Below, piece after piece: positions 18,843 to 28,529 of a DNA stretch of 64,000 nt; within the stretch, counting starts at the first letter, position 1, and each line of letters starts with the position of its first letter. Source of the stretch: Acidobacteriota bacterium (GTDB taxonomy: Bacteria > Acidobacteriota > UBA6911); the NCBI GenBank assembly GCA_963664705.1, contig OY761556.1:5312001-5376000 (forward strand), in the 5' to 3' direction. A program made the translations under genes and the position numbers. The notes below the pieces were generated by a model that saw nothing but the letters and a program-made list of their open reading frames with translations, made no database searches and had not been told where the DNA came from.

Positions 18843-18982
18843 TGAAAATCGGGAACATCCCGCTCGCTTGCCTGGCTTTTGGCAAAGCCAGGTTGCGGCT
18901 GGAGTTTCAAGACCAGCCAACGAGCGGCATATGCTACGATTTTCGGTTTAGTTTTTAACACTTTTCAGACAGGAGTCAGGGA

Positions 18983-20239
18983 GTGAAAACGGAACAACGA
19001 ACCCCGCAGACATTTAAGAAGATCAACGCGTCAAAGCAGATGAAAGACATCATGGAAGCCCATTTCCGTGAGTTGGATGCCGCTGCCAAGACCATAAGCC
19101 ACAAAATCGCGTGGTGCACCAGCGTGGGTCCCGCTGAGCTGCTTAAAGCATTGGGCTTCCAGGTCTATTTTCCGGAAAACCACGGCGCCATGCTTGGGGC
19201 TACCCGGATGGCGACGGATCTTATCCCGGTTGCCAACGCTATTGGCTATTCTCCGGACATCTGTTCCTATCTGACTAGCGATGTCGGGGCGTACTTGAAG
19301 GGTGTGAGCCCGATAAGCACCGCCTATCCTGGGACCAGCGGACCGCCGAGGCCGGATGTTCTCGTATACAATACCAATCAGTGCCGTGACGTCCATGACT
19401 GGTTCAATTTCTATGGAAGAGAATTCAATGTCCCGGTCATTGGGGTAGTAACGCATCGCGGCGTGGGCGATATTACCAAGGGCCATGTTGATTCGATTGC
19501 CAGCCAGATTAAGGCGCTTATTCCGACACTCGAAGAAGTTGCCGGCAAGAAACTTGATATGGACGAGTTCAAGCGCGTGGTCGGATTGTCCCGTCAATGC
19601 ACAGACCTCTGGAAGGAAGTCCTGCAGATTGCGTCGAATGTCCCCTCCCCGCTGACGTTTTTCGATGGCACTATCCAGATGGGTCCGGCTGTCATTCTCC
19701 GCGGCGAACAGCGCGCGGTTGATTACTACAAAGTATTGCTTGCGGAGTTGAAGAAGCGGGTTCAGGACGGAGTCGCTGCCATTGATGGCGAAAAATTCCG
19801 CATCTATTGGGAAGGCATGCCAGTTTGGGGTAAATTGCGCGAGTTGTCGACACAGTTTGCCGACCTGAATGCCTGCGTACTGGCGTCCACCTATTGCAGC
19901 AGCTGGGTATTCCCTGCCCTGGATCCCGATGATCCGTTCGACAGTATGGCGCGTGCTTACATCGAGCTGTTCATTGTCCGCGATGAAAATTACAAAGAGC
20001 GCTATTTCGAGAAGCAGATCGAGCTCTACAAGATCGATGGCATGATTTTCCACGATGCGAAGACCTGTCCGAACAATTCCAATAACCGGTATGGATTGCC
20101 GGAACGGCTGACCAAGAAATACAACATGCCGACGCTTACCATTCATGGAGATCTGAATGATCTGCGGTGCTATTCGGAAGAGCAGGCGCGCACCAATATC
20201 GAGGCGTACATCGAGCAATTAGCGGAGAGAAAGGGCTAG
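18983..20239 (+). CDS. 2-hydroxyacyl-CoA dehydratase subunit (HgdAB/FldBC/HadBC family)
   Basis: GPAELL, YFPENH, DICSY, TNQC, RIYWEG, IDGMIFH..KTC, RTNIEAY; three cluster Cys. Confidence 0.92.
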   Translation: MKTEQRTPQTFKKINASKQMKDIMEAHFRELDAAAKTISHKIAWCTSVGPAELLKALGFQVYFPENHGAMLGATRMATDLIPVANAIGYSPDICSYLTSDVGAYLKGVSPISTAYPGTSGPPRPDVLVYNTNQCRDVHDWFNFYGREFNVPVIGVVTHRGVGDITKGHVDSIASQIKALIPTLEEVAGKKLDMDEFKRVVGLSRQCTDLWKEVLQIASNVPSPLTFFDGTIQMGPAVILRGEQRAVDYYKVLLAELKKRVQDGVAAIDGEKFRIYWEGMPVWGKLRELSTQFADLNACVLASTYCSSWVFPALDPDDPFDSMARAYIELFIVRDENYKERYFEKQIELYKIDGMIFHDAKTCPNNSNNRYGLPERLTKKYNMPTLTIHGDLNDLRCYSEEQARTNIEAYIEQLAERKG

Positions 20240-21012
20240 TGAGCGAAAGTCCAGTTTTTGGCGGAATAGATATCGGGGCATCGGCGACCAAATCAGCGAT
20301 TGTCGATGCCCAGCGCAAACTCCTTGCAACCGATGTGCGGAAGACGGGCGTGAGCTTTGAAGCCAGCGCCCACGAATCCATGGAAGCCGCATTAGCCTCG
20401 TGCGGATTGACGTATCAGGATTTTAAATCTGTTTTCTCAACAGGATACGGTCGGCACAACGTCGATTTTGCCAAGGACACCCGTACGGAAATTGCCTGCC
20501 ATGCGCGGGCAGCCTACCATCATTTTCCCCGTCGCATCACTGTCGTGGATGTTGGCGGACAGGACAACAAAATTATCCACATCGATCCCAATGGGCGGCG
20601 GGACAATTTTAAGATGAATCGCAAATGTGCCGCAGGCACAGGCGCTTTCCTTGAAGAAGTGGCACAGCGCATCGATCTGCCGATGGATGAGCTGGATTCT
20701 GTCGCAAGACAGGCTTCCCATATCGTTCATATGGGAAGCTATTGCACAGTCTTTACCAAGACGGAGATCCTTGCTCATTTACGGGCGGGCGAAAAGGTTC
20801 CGGAAATTGTAGCGGGGCTTATCGAATCCGTCGTCAAGCGCATCGTTGAGATGGATCCGCTTACGGGAGAGGTTGTGGTCAGCGGCGGCGTTGTGGCTCA
20901 CAACCCGATTCTTGCCGAAATGCTGGCAAAGCATATTGGGCATCCGGTGAGTATCCTTCCGAATGCACAGGTTGCCGGCGCCTTTGGAGCGGCCCTGTTC
21001 GCCATGGACTGA
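20239..21012 (+). CDS. 2-hydroxyacyl-CoA dehydratase activator (ASKHA ATPase, HgdC/HadI family)
   Basis: GIDIGASATK, STGYGR, TEIACH, DVGGQD, MNRKCAAGTG, YCTVF, GAFGAA; GTG overlaps the upstream TAG. Confidence 0.93.
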   Translation: MSESPVFGGIDIGASATKSAIVDAQRKLLATDVRKTGVSFEASAHESMEAALASCGLTYQDFKSVFSTGYGRHNVDFAKDTRTEIACHARAAYHHFPRRITVVDVGGQDNKIIHIDPNGRRDNFKMNRKCAAGTGAFLEEVAQRIDLPMDELDSVARQASHIVHMGSYCTVFTKTEILAHLRAGEKVPEIVAGLIESVVKRIVEMDPLTGEVVVSGGVVAHNPILAEMLAKHIGHPVSILPNAQVAGAFGAALFAMD

Positions 21013-21057
21013 AAAAACAGCGAAAAACGGGGTCTAACCCCGTTTTTCTGTTTTTTC
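21011..21057. terminator. Bidirectional rho-independent terminator-like hairpin
   Basis: GAAAAACGGGGT-CTA-ACCCCGTTTTTC flanked by A and T tracts between convergent genes. Confidence 0.75.
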
Positions 21058-21064
21058 GCTTTTT

Positions 21065-22144
21065 TTAGCCGAGGAGCGGAAGGTCGAACTTGGCTGCGTA
21101 GTCGTCGAACATTTTCCAGGTTGCCTCATCCAGCATGATTCCCTTTGCCAGGGATTCCTCGCGCTTCTCCGCTTCCTTTTCTCCGTGGATGTAGATGCGG
21201 TCATATCCGGCGGCTTTATTGCTGTGGCGCACCTGCTGCAGAATCGATTCGACATGCGACTCAATTTCAGCCTGGTTGCCGAACAGGTCTACTCGAACCG
21301 CCCCAAAGAACTGACAGATACCGCCGCCTTCCCGGTTAAAGGTTTCACGACTCCAGGTACCCATCGACATGCCCGCACACAGGAGATCGACGAAAAGTCC
21401 AAGTCCATAGCCCTTGTGGCCACCCAGTTCTTCCCCGGCCCCACCGAGAAAAAGGTGGCCCCCTTCTGCCGAATCGCCGCGAAATACCCTCTGAAAGTGC
21501 TCCGTATCGGTTGTGTCCGCACCGGTTTCATCGACGACCCATCCCACGGGTAAGCGTTTATCGCGCCGCTCGTACACCTCGATTTTTCCATGCGCAACCG
21601 TGGTGGTCGCCATATCCAACAGAAAAGGGGTCTTTCCCGAGGATGGGATGGCAAAACAAACCGGATTTGTACCGAGAATCCGTTCCCGCCCAAAGGTAGG
21701 AATGGCACAAATGCGTGTGTTGCAGAATGCCATCCCGATACATCCCTCAGCCGCAGCCATTTCTGCCCAGAGCCCTGCCATTCCAAAATGATTGGAGTTG
21801 CGGACCGCGGCAAACCCGGCGCCGATGTTTTTTGCCTTCTCCAGAATTCGAGCCATGACAAATTTTGAAATGCAGGGCCCGATCCCATGGTGACCATCGA
21901 TGGCCAGAGATAAGGGAGTTTCGTGAATAATTTCGATGGAGGCTGCAGGAAAGGTGAAGTGATCGCGAATGTTGGATTCGTAGAAAAGAAGTCGCGCGAC
22001 TCCGTGGGAGGCGACGCCCCGGGCGTCGGCCTCCACTAGAATTCCGGCGGTTGCTTGCGCCTGCTCCTGAGAGTAGCTCAGCTTCTGAAGAACTTTGACG
22101 GTGTAGTTAAAAAGCACGTCGTAGGGTACAAAGCCTCTTTTCAT
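21065..22144 (-). CDS. Ldh_2-family (type 2 malate/L-lactate/L-sulfolactate) dehydrogenase
   Basis: EADARGVASHG, VRNSNHFG, GTNP, LDMATT, GGHKGYGL, IHGEKE. Confidence 0.93.
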   Translation of the reverse strand: MKRGFVPYDVLFNYTVKVLQKLSYSQEQAQATAGILVEADARGVASHGVARLLFYESNIRDHFTFPAASIEIIHETPLSLAIDGHHGIGPCISKFVMARILEKAKNIGAGFAAVRNSNHFGMAGLWAEMAAAEGCIGMAFCNTRICAIPTFGRERILGTNPVCFAIPSSGKTPFLLDMATTTVAHGKIEVYERRDKRLPVGWVVDETGADTTDTEHFQRVFRGDSAEGGHLFLGGAGEELGGHKGYGLGLFVDLLCAGMSMGTWSRETFNREGGGICQFFGAVRVDLFGNQAEIESHVESILQQVRHSNKAAGYDRIYIHGEKEAEKREESLAKGIMLDEATWKMFDDYAAKFDLPLLG

Positions 22145-22161
22145 GCTTTCCTTTCGGGGTT

Positions 22162-23448
22162 TCAGCGCTTACCGAGTTTCGGAAGGGCGCTGGACCCCTG
22201 TGGCATCAGATAGATTTTCTGATCTCGTCCCCCTTTGTTGAAGGCCATCTCAAGGGCTTCTTCAACAGTTGTTGCCGTTTTGAAAGCTGTTTTTGCGAGA
22301 AGCGCCGGATCGCCTTTTCCCACAATGATGATGTTCCACTTTTCCGCAGCGGTACACATGTAATAGCTGACGAATTTGGGAACCGTGAAAAGGTTGCGAA
22401 CTTCCTTCTCCCTTTCGGCATTTGTCGAACAGCTCAGGAAAATGGAATTTGCATCCGGGGGACCAAGGCCTTCGCTGCAATCGCTCAGGATAATCATGGT
22501 GCCTCCGGGTTTTGTGGCTTCCTGCGTATGGTAGATAGCCTTCCCGGTCTGACAAACATCGATGTCTTTCGGATAACCGCCCTGGGAGGAAATCGTTATG
22601 TCGGCCAATTGATCGATCGGTACTGCGTAAAGATCGTCTACTATTCTGCACCCGGCTTCATGGGCCGCAACCAGATCCCCGGCCACCGCGCGGGCGATCT
22701 TGCCGTCATACCCCATGATAACATTCAAGATAAAGGCCGGATTTACTTTGAGCCCGAATTCCAGCATATCCTGGTGGATCGGGTTGTCCTTGATATTTCC
22801 GCTTCTGACGGCATGGTGCTGCTTGCCGGTTTCGTCCATGGTCAAAGGATGGTTTCGCTGTATGGATTCGAAGGCTGCAATGCCGGGCAGGAGAGACTTC
22901 TTCCCGCCTCCCCACCCAACCCAGGGGTGATAGGTGCAGCATCCGGTCAAAATGAGTCGATCGGCGGTAGCCGCTGCTTTGTTAATCGTGATCGGCGTGC
23001 CCCGGCTGGTGACTCCAAGGTTGACCATGCTTTGCTTATCGAGGCAATCGTGATCAATCATCTTAAACCGCCGGAACAAATCCGGCCCCATCATTTTTTC
23101 GTGCTCTTCCGGTGTATGAGCACGATGATAGCCAATGGCACTCAGAAACCGTATGTCCGCGTCCTTGATGCCTGCGTCATTCAATTCCTTCACAATAAAG
23201 GGGAGAAAAACCCACATCCGCTGCCAGGCACGAGTGATGTCGGAAACGACGATACATACGGTCTCGCCAGGCTTTACGATATCTCTCAGCCGAGGCGTTC
23301 CGATTGGATTTGCCAGCGCTTCCCGGATGACCTCCTCTTCGGGTGCCGATGGAGGGACATCCTTGGAGATAATTCCCAGCAGGTTTTCTTCCGGAACGGA
23401 AACATCCACATAGCCCGTTCCAAGCTTCATCTTTATTGTCTTATTCAT
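22162..23448 (-). CDS. LarA-family nickel-pincer-dependent racemase/epimerase (copy 2)
   Basis: ALANPIGT, SDITR, GYHR, GVTSRGTP, YH..VGWGGGKKSLLPG, NH, GGYPKD..CQTGK. Confidence 0.92.
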   Translation of the reverse strand: MNKTIKMKLGTGYVDVSVPEENLLGIISKDVPPSAPEEEVIREALANPIGTPRLRDIVKPGETVCIVVSDITRAWQRMWVFLPFIVKELNDAGIKDADIRFLSAIGYHRAHTPEEHEKMMGPDLFRRFKMIDHDCLDKQSMVNLGVTSRGTPITINKAAATADRLILTGCCTYHPWVGWGGGKKSLLPGIAAFESIQRNHPLTMDETGKQHHAVRSGNIKDNPIHQDMLEFGLKVNPAFILNVIMGYDGKIARAVAGDLVAAHEAGCRIVDDLYAVPIDQLADITISSQGGYPKDIDVCQTGKAIYHTQEATKPGGTMIILSDCSEGLGPPDANSIFLSCSTNAEREKEVRNLFTVPKFVSYYMCTAAEKWNIIIVGKGDPALLAKTAFKTATTVEEALEMAFNKGGRDQKIYLMPQGSSALPKLGKR

Positions 23449-23708
23449 CGGTGACTCCTGAGCCTGCGTTCGGACGAACGATAGACATAAGCATGCCACT
23501 AAAATGCTGGTATCGCTATCCGATTCTACAATGGAATACGCGCAGCTAAAATAGACTTTCCATTTCGTACAGGATTATGTCTTGAACTGCGGCGCCAGCG
23601 TTGCGGGAGAGCCGGTTCCGATACATTCCGGCGGCTCCATGGATGTGATATAGTGACGACTCAATGAAATGAATCTACAGATTTGCAGCTGAATTAAAGG
23701 AGAACATC

Positions 23709-25766
23709 ATGCTTGATTCCCTCTTTCGCCCCCGTGGCGTTGCCGTGATCGGGGCTTCCAATAATACTTTTTCTATCGGCAATCGTGTCGTAAAAAACCT
23801 CATCACTCATAACTTCAAAGGCGGCATTTATCCTGTTCATCCCAAAGAGGTTGAGATTCTTGGTCTGAAAGCCTATCCCAGCATTCTGGACGTGCCGGGG
23901 CCCGTGGACATCGCATCGATCGTTGTCAAAAACACCATGGTTCCGCAGGTTGTGGAAGATTGCGGGAAAAAGGGAGTCAAATTCGTCATCATCCATACCG
24001 CGGGATTTAGCGAAATGGGGGCCGATGGTTCGAAGTTGCAGGATGCCCTGCTTGCCGCCGCTGCCAAATATGGTGTGCGCGTCTATGGACCGAATTCTCA
24101 GGGAATCATGAATTCTGATCCGGATGTTTCCGTATATGCAAATTTTACGTTTACTCCAATGCGTCCCGGCAAGGCTTCGATTCTGGCTCAAAGCGGCGGT
24201 GTCGCCGAGATGCTGAATCTGAACCTTCGCGAAATGGGCTCCGGCTTCCGGATGTATGCTTCGCACGGCAACGCTACCGATGTCAGCACCAATGAATTGT
24301 TGGAATATCTCGGCAATGACCCGGAAACGCGCACAATCGTCATGCATATCGAGAGCATGAAGGACACGCCGCGCTTTATAGAGCTTTGCCGCGAGATTGC
24401 CCAGAAAAAAGCCCTGCTCGCAATCCGCACCGGGCGCACAGCCGTTGCGGCCAAAGCTGTCAGTTCGCACACCGGATCGCTGATGCAGCAGGATTCGCTC
24501 ACCGATGCGGTATTCGAACATGCCGGTGTTATGCGCTTTGACTCTACCGAGGAAATGATATCCGCCGCCTATGGCTTTGCCACCCAGCCTGTGCCCAAGG
24601 GGCCAAGAGTGGCGATAGTGGCGAACGCGGGCGGTCCGGCGATCATGGCGATTGACGAATGCGTGGCCAACGGCTTGCAGCTCGCTAAGCTGACCGATGA
24701 AACCAAGAAGAAATTGCGCGCGGGATTAATCCCTGAAGCCAGTATCGAAAATCCGGTAGACATCGCAGCCACCGCCAACGCGGACCACTTCGGACTTACC
24801 CTCAAAGCCCTGGATGAAGATCCGGGTGTGGATTGCATCCTGATAACAATGGTCACGCCTTTCTTTGTCGACTGCGACGCCATCGCGGCACGCATTGCCG
24901 AAACGGCCAAAACCCTGACCAAGCCGATTGTCGATGTGATTATGACCAATGAAAATTGGGCGGGCGTTGTCAAAACGATCAAGGATTCCGGCATCCCTGT
25001 ATTCGATTTCCCGGAAACCGGTTCACGGGTATTGGCATCCATGGTTCGCTATAGCAATATGCAAAAACAGCTTTCGGAAAAGCCAGCGGTCGCTTCCGGC
25101 AACAAAGCGAAAGCGCGGGAAATTTTGGCCAATGCGGCCGATGGATTCATCTCGCAGGCTGAAGCCTTTGAAATTCTCAAGGCCTACGGCATTCCTGCAC
25201 CTGCGACATCGCAAATCATTGGTGGCAAGATTCCTGCCGGTGTTCAGTTCCCTGCTGTTCTGAAGGTTGACAGCGATAAGGTCGTTCACAAAAGTGATGC
25301 CGGCGGAGTCATGCTGAACATAAAAGATGAAAAAGCGCTCAAGGAAGCCGTTGCCCAGATGGACAGCCGGTTTCCGGGTGCCAATCTCATCGTTCAGGAG
25401 CAATGCGCGCCCGGGACAGAACTTATCATAGGCCTTAAGCGCGAAGCCGGAGTCGGCCCGGTCCTGATGTTCGGTCTGGGCGGAATTTATGTCGAAGTAC
25501 TGAAGGATGTCGCTTTCAGACTTGCTCCCGTCTCCGAAGCAGGCGCGGCACGGATGGTTCGTGAAATCCGGTCCTTCCAGCTGCTTACCGGTGTTCGTGA
25601 TACCCCTGCGGCCGATGTGGCGGCCATCGAGCGTCTGCTTATCGCGGTTTCGCAGATGGCAATGGATCTACCCGAGATTGCCGAAATGGATCTGAACCCG
25701 GTTTTTGTTTATCCGCAAGGACAGGGCGTCAAAGCCGTTGACGTCCGAATCAAAAAACAGGCGTAG
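23709..25766 (+). CDS. ADP-forming acyl/acetate--CoA ligase (fused alpha-beta)
   Basis: SLFRPRGVAVIGAS, AGFSE, GPNSQG, QSGG, SSHTGSL (phospho-His), NPVD, HKSDAGGV, MFGLGGIYVEVLKD, DLNPV. Confidence 0.93.
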   Translation: MLDSLFRPRGVAVIGASNNTFSIGNRVVKNLITHNFKGGIYPVHPKEVEILGLKAYPSILDVPGPVDIASIVVKNTMVPQVVEDCGKKGVKFVIIHTAGFSEMGADGSKLQDALLAAAAKYGVRVYGPNSQGIMNSDPDVSVYANFTFTPMRPGKASILAQSGGVAEMLNLNLREMGSGFRMYASHGNATDVSTNELLEYLGNDPETRTIVMHIESMKDTPRFIELCREIAQKKALLAIRTGRTAVAAKAVSSHTGSLMQQDSLTDAVFEHAGVMRFDSTEEMISAAYGFATQPVPKGPRVAIVANAGGPAIMAIDECVANGLQLAKLTDETKKKLRAGLIPEASIENPVDIAATANADHFGLTLKALDEDPGVDCILITMVTPFFVDCDAIAARIAETAKTLTKPIVDVIMTNENWAGVVKTIKDSGIPVFDFPETGSRVLASMVRYSNMQKQLSEKPAVASGNKAKAREILANAADGFISQAEAFEILKAYGIPAPATSQIIGGKIPAGVQFPAVLKVDSDKVVHKSDAGGVMLNIKDEKALKEAVAQMDSRFPGANLIVQEQCAPGTELIIGLKREAGVGPVLMFGLGGIYVEVLKDVAFRLAPVSEAGAARMVREIRSFQLLTGVRDTPAADVAAIERLLIAVSQMAMDLPEIAEMDLNPVFVYPQGQGVKAVDVRIKKQA

Positions 25767-25790
25767 CCTTAAAATAGCCTGCGATTATAA

Positions 25791-25830
25791 GAGCCGGAGG
25801 GCACGAATTCCGTGTTCTCCGGCTTTTTTT
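25791..25830 (+). terminator. Rho-independent terminator
   Basis: AGCCGGAGGGCACG-AATTC-CGTGTTCTCCGGCT followed by a T run. Confidence 0.8.
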
Positions 25831-25898
25831 ATATTCTCAGCCTTTTCCGAACTTTTTTCGCATGATTCCCGTATTGAAAGATCATTGAGGGAGGAGTC

Positions 25899-27140
25899 AT
25901 GGCCAAAAAGCGAGTTTTTACGATATCATTCCTTTCCATCATCGGTCTTCTGCTCATACTTGGCGGCTACTGGGTTTTTGGCGCCCTGTTCTCGGTAGAT
26001 AAAACCATCCCGGCCGAAAAACTGGCCAAGGTTGATAGCGGCTCGATTGCAAAGTCCGTTGTTGCCACCGGCAAGGTGGAACCCTTGTCCAAAGTTGAAA
26101 TCAAGTCGAAGGCCAGCGGACTTATAAAATATCTCTACGTCAACGCTGGGGATCGGGTCCGGGAAGGTCAGCTTCTGGTCGAGCTCGACAAGGAGATCCT
26201 TGAAGCTCAGTTGAAGGAAGCCAAAGCTGTTCTGAATTCCGCCGAGAGCAGTCTCAAGGAGATGCAATCTCAGGGGAAAACGCTGAACGCGAATCTGCAC
26301 AAAGCACAGCTTGAAGCCGAGAACCGGGATTATGAATTCTCTGTTGCCGAATACAAACGACAGAAGGAGCTTTTCCAGCAGGGACTCATTTCAAAATCCG
26401 ATTTCGACAGCTTCGAACAAAAAATGCAGTCGGCGGAAGTCGGGAAAAAGGCTTTGCACGCGGCAGTAGGGGTGAAAGAAGCGGAAATCGAGCAGAACGG
26501 TCGTTCCATTGAAAAGGCACGGGCGGCTGTTGTCCAGGGACAGGCGCAATACGAAAGAGCCGAAGAGAATCTCCGGTATGCATCCATCCGTTCTCCCATC
26601 AGCGGAGTGGTCCTGAGTCGTGAGGTTGAAGTCGGCGATGCCGTATCGTCCATCCTTCAACTGGGTTCAAATGCCACATTGATCATGACCCTTGGAGACG
26701 TGAAAGAGCTTTATATCAAAGGAAAGGTGGATGAAACCGATATCGGACTTGTCAAACTCGACCAGCCGGTTCGGGTGACCGTGGATGCCTATAAAAACCG
26801 CAGCTTCCAGGGAAAGGTTTTTAGGATTGCACCCATGGGCGTTGAAAAGGACAACGTTACCCGCTTCGAAGTCCGCGTTTCCATTCTCAATGATCTTGAT
26901 CTTCTGAAGGTCAATATGAGCGCTAATGCCGAGATCATTCTTGAGGAGCATCATAACGTGCTGCTCATCCCGGAAAGCGCCCTGATTTATAACGAAAAGA
27001 AAGAGACGTTTGTGGAGTTGCCGGATGTTTCCACAAAAACAGGGCGTAAACAAAGTCCAGTCAAAATGGGACTGGGCAATGGGGCCCGTGCGGAGGTTCT
27101 CTCCGGCTTGACTCTTGGCCAGCAGGTCGTCCTGCAGTGA
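25899..27140 (+). CDS. Periplasmic adaptor (membrane fusion protein), MacA-like
   Basis: N-terminal TM, ATGKVEP..KVEIKSKASG, coiled coil, IRSPISG, VDETDI. Confidence 0.92.
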   Translation: MAKKRVFTISFLSIIGLLLILGGYWVFGALFSVDKTIPAEKLAKVDSGSIAKSVVATGKVEPLSKVEIKSKASGLIKYLYVNAGDRVREGQLLVELDKEILEAQLKEAKAVLNSAESSLKEMQSQGKTLNANLHKAQLEAENRDYEFSVAEYKRQKELFQQGLISKSDFDSFEQKMQSAEVGKKALHAAVGVKEAEIEQNGRSIEKARAAVVQGQAQYERAEENLRYASIRSPISGVVLSREVEVGDAVSSILQLGSNATLIMTLGDVKELYIKGKVDETDIGLVKLDQPVRVTVDAYKNRSFQGKVFRIAPMGVEKDNVTRFEVRVSILNDLDLLKVNMSANAEIILEEHHNVLLIPESALIYNEKKETFVELPDVSTKTGRKQSPVKMGLGNGARAEVLSGLTLGQQVVLQ

Positions 27141-27216
27141 CGCCGCAGGTATTGCCAATGAAAAGCCCGGTTGAGATTTTCAAAACGTCTGTTTCCCAGG
27201 AAAATTGTAAATCGTC

Positions 27217-28461
27217 ATGACGCTGCTGATTCAGACTTTCATGAACCTGAAGGCAAACAAAACACGGTCATTTCTGACTATGTTCGGTATTGCCTGGGGC
27301 CTGATCTGCTTGATTCTCATGACCTCCATGGGCGAGGGGATGTGGATTGCACAAAAGCAGAAAACACGAGCGCTTGGACAGAACATCATCATTTTCTGGG
27401 GTGGGATGACCAGCAAGGGCGTGGCAGGAATTCGGCCTGGAAAGGAAATCCGGCTTACCCTTGACGATTATTTCCTGCTGAAGAACAAAGCCACCTATCT
27501 GCAAAGATTGAGTCCTGAAGTGGAACGCGGTTTGACGGCAACGTCTCTCATCAATAACGGGACATTCCGAACGCACGGCGTATTCCCTGACTATATGCAG
27601 ATGCGAACCATTGACCTGGCGCCCGGTGGGCGGCATATCAATGATGGGGACAATCGGAACGCCCTGCGCGTCTGTATTATCGGAGACGAAGTAAAATCCC
27701 AGCTCTTTAACCGGGAGCGAGCGCTCGGACAAACCATCATGATCGGGGGCTTTCCCTACCTCATCATCGGCGAATTACTGCACAAGGATCAGAACTCGAA
27801 TTACAGCGGTCCGGATAAGACGAAGATTTTTATCCCATTTTATTCGATGATCCGGGATTTCCCTTTGCCCAAGGCGGTGGATGGAAAGGAGCAGCTTTCC
27901 GATTTGATCCTTCAGCCGCGCAGCGAGGAAATGGGCGAGGTAGCGGAAATACAGGTGAGGAAGATACTTGGCGCAGCTAAAGGCTTCGACTCCCTGGACA
28001 GGGATGCGGTGCAAACCTGGAACACGGTTAAGGATGCCAAATTCGTGAAGAGGATATTTGATTCACTCCGGATCTTCCTCGGTGTGGTTGCTATCATCAC
28101 ACTCATTCTCGGTGGCGTGGGGGTGATGAATATCATGCTGCTGGCGGTTGGAGAACGGACACGTGAAATTGGGATTTGCAAAGCGGTTGGAGCCACAACC
28201 CGCAGAATTTTGACCCAATTTTTCCTCGAATCAATGATCCTGACCTTTACGGCCGGCGTGACAGGAATCTTTTTCGGGTGGGGGCTGTGCGCTCTCATCA
28301 ATCTTTTCCCCAAAATTGATTTCTTTGCCGGAATGATTGTAACGCCGGAAGTTGGAATCACAGCTTTTGGCTTCCTTATCCTGGTCGGAGTCTTGTCCAG
28401 CATTTATCCGGCATTTATGGCGGCGGTAGTTGATCCTATCGAGGCACTCAGACATGAATGA
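27217..28461 (+). CDS. ABC transporter permease (MacB/FtsX type)
   Basis: RSFLTMFGIAWG, GGVGVMNIML..V.ERTREIG..KAVGA, DPIEALRHE. Confidence 0.93.
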   Translation: MTLLIQTFMNLKANKTRSFLTMFGIAWGLICLILMTSMGEGMWIAQKQKTRALGQNIIIFWGGMTSKGVAGIRPGKEIRLTLDDYFLLKNKATYLQRLSPEVERGLTATSLINNGTFRTHGVFPDYMQMRTIDLAPGGRHINDGDNRNALRVCIIGDEVKSQLFNRERALGQTIMIGGFPYLIIGELLHKDQNSNYSGPDKTKIFIPFYSMIRDFPLPKAVDGKEQLSDLILQPRSEEMGEVAEIQVRKILGAAKGFDSLDRDAVQTWNTVKDAKFVKRIFDSLRIFLGVVAIITLILGGVGVMNIMLLAVGERTREIGICKAVGATTRRILTQFFLESMILTFTAGVTGIFFGWGLCALINLFPKIDFFAGMIVTPEVGITAFGFLILVGVLSSIYPAFMAAVVDPIEALRHE

Positions 28462-28529
28462 TGGACGGTTGATATGCTGCAGCGAAGTCCTTCCGTCGCC
28501 CATCGTCCATCACAAATCGGATTACCGGT

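Noticed and set aside
18983-21012. Benzoyl-CoA reductase (bcr)
   Set aside because: Needs two dehydratase-like and two ATPase subunits plus ring-cleavage genes; only one of each is present, in a 2-hydroxyacid context.
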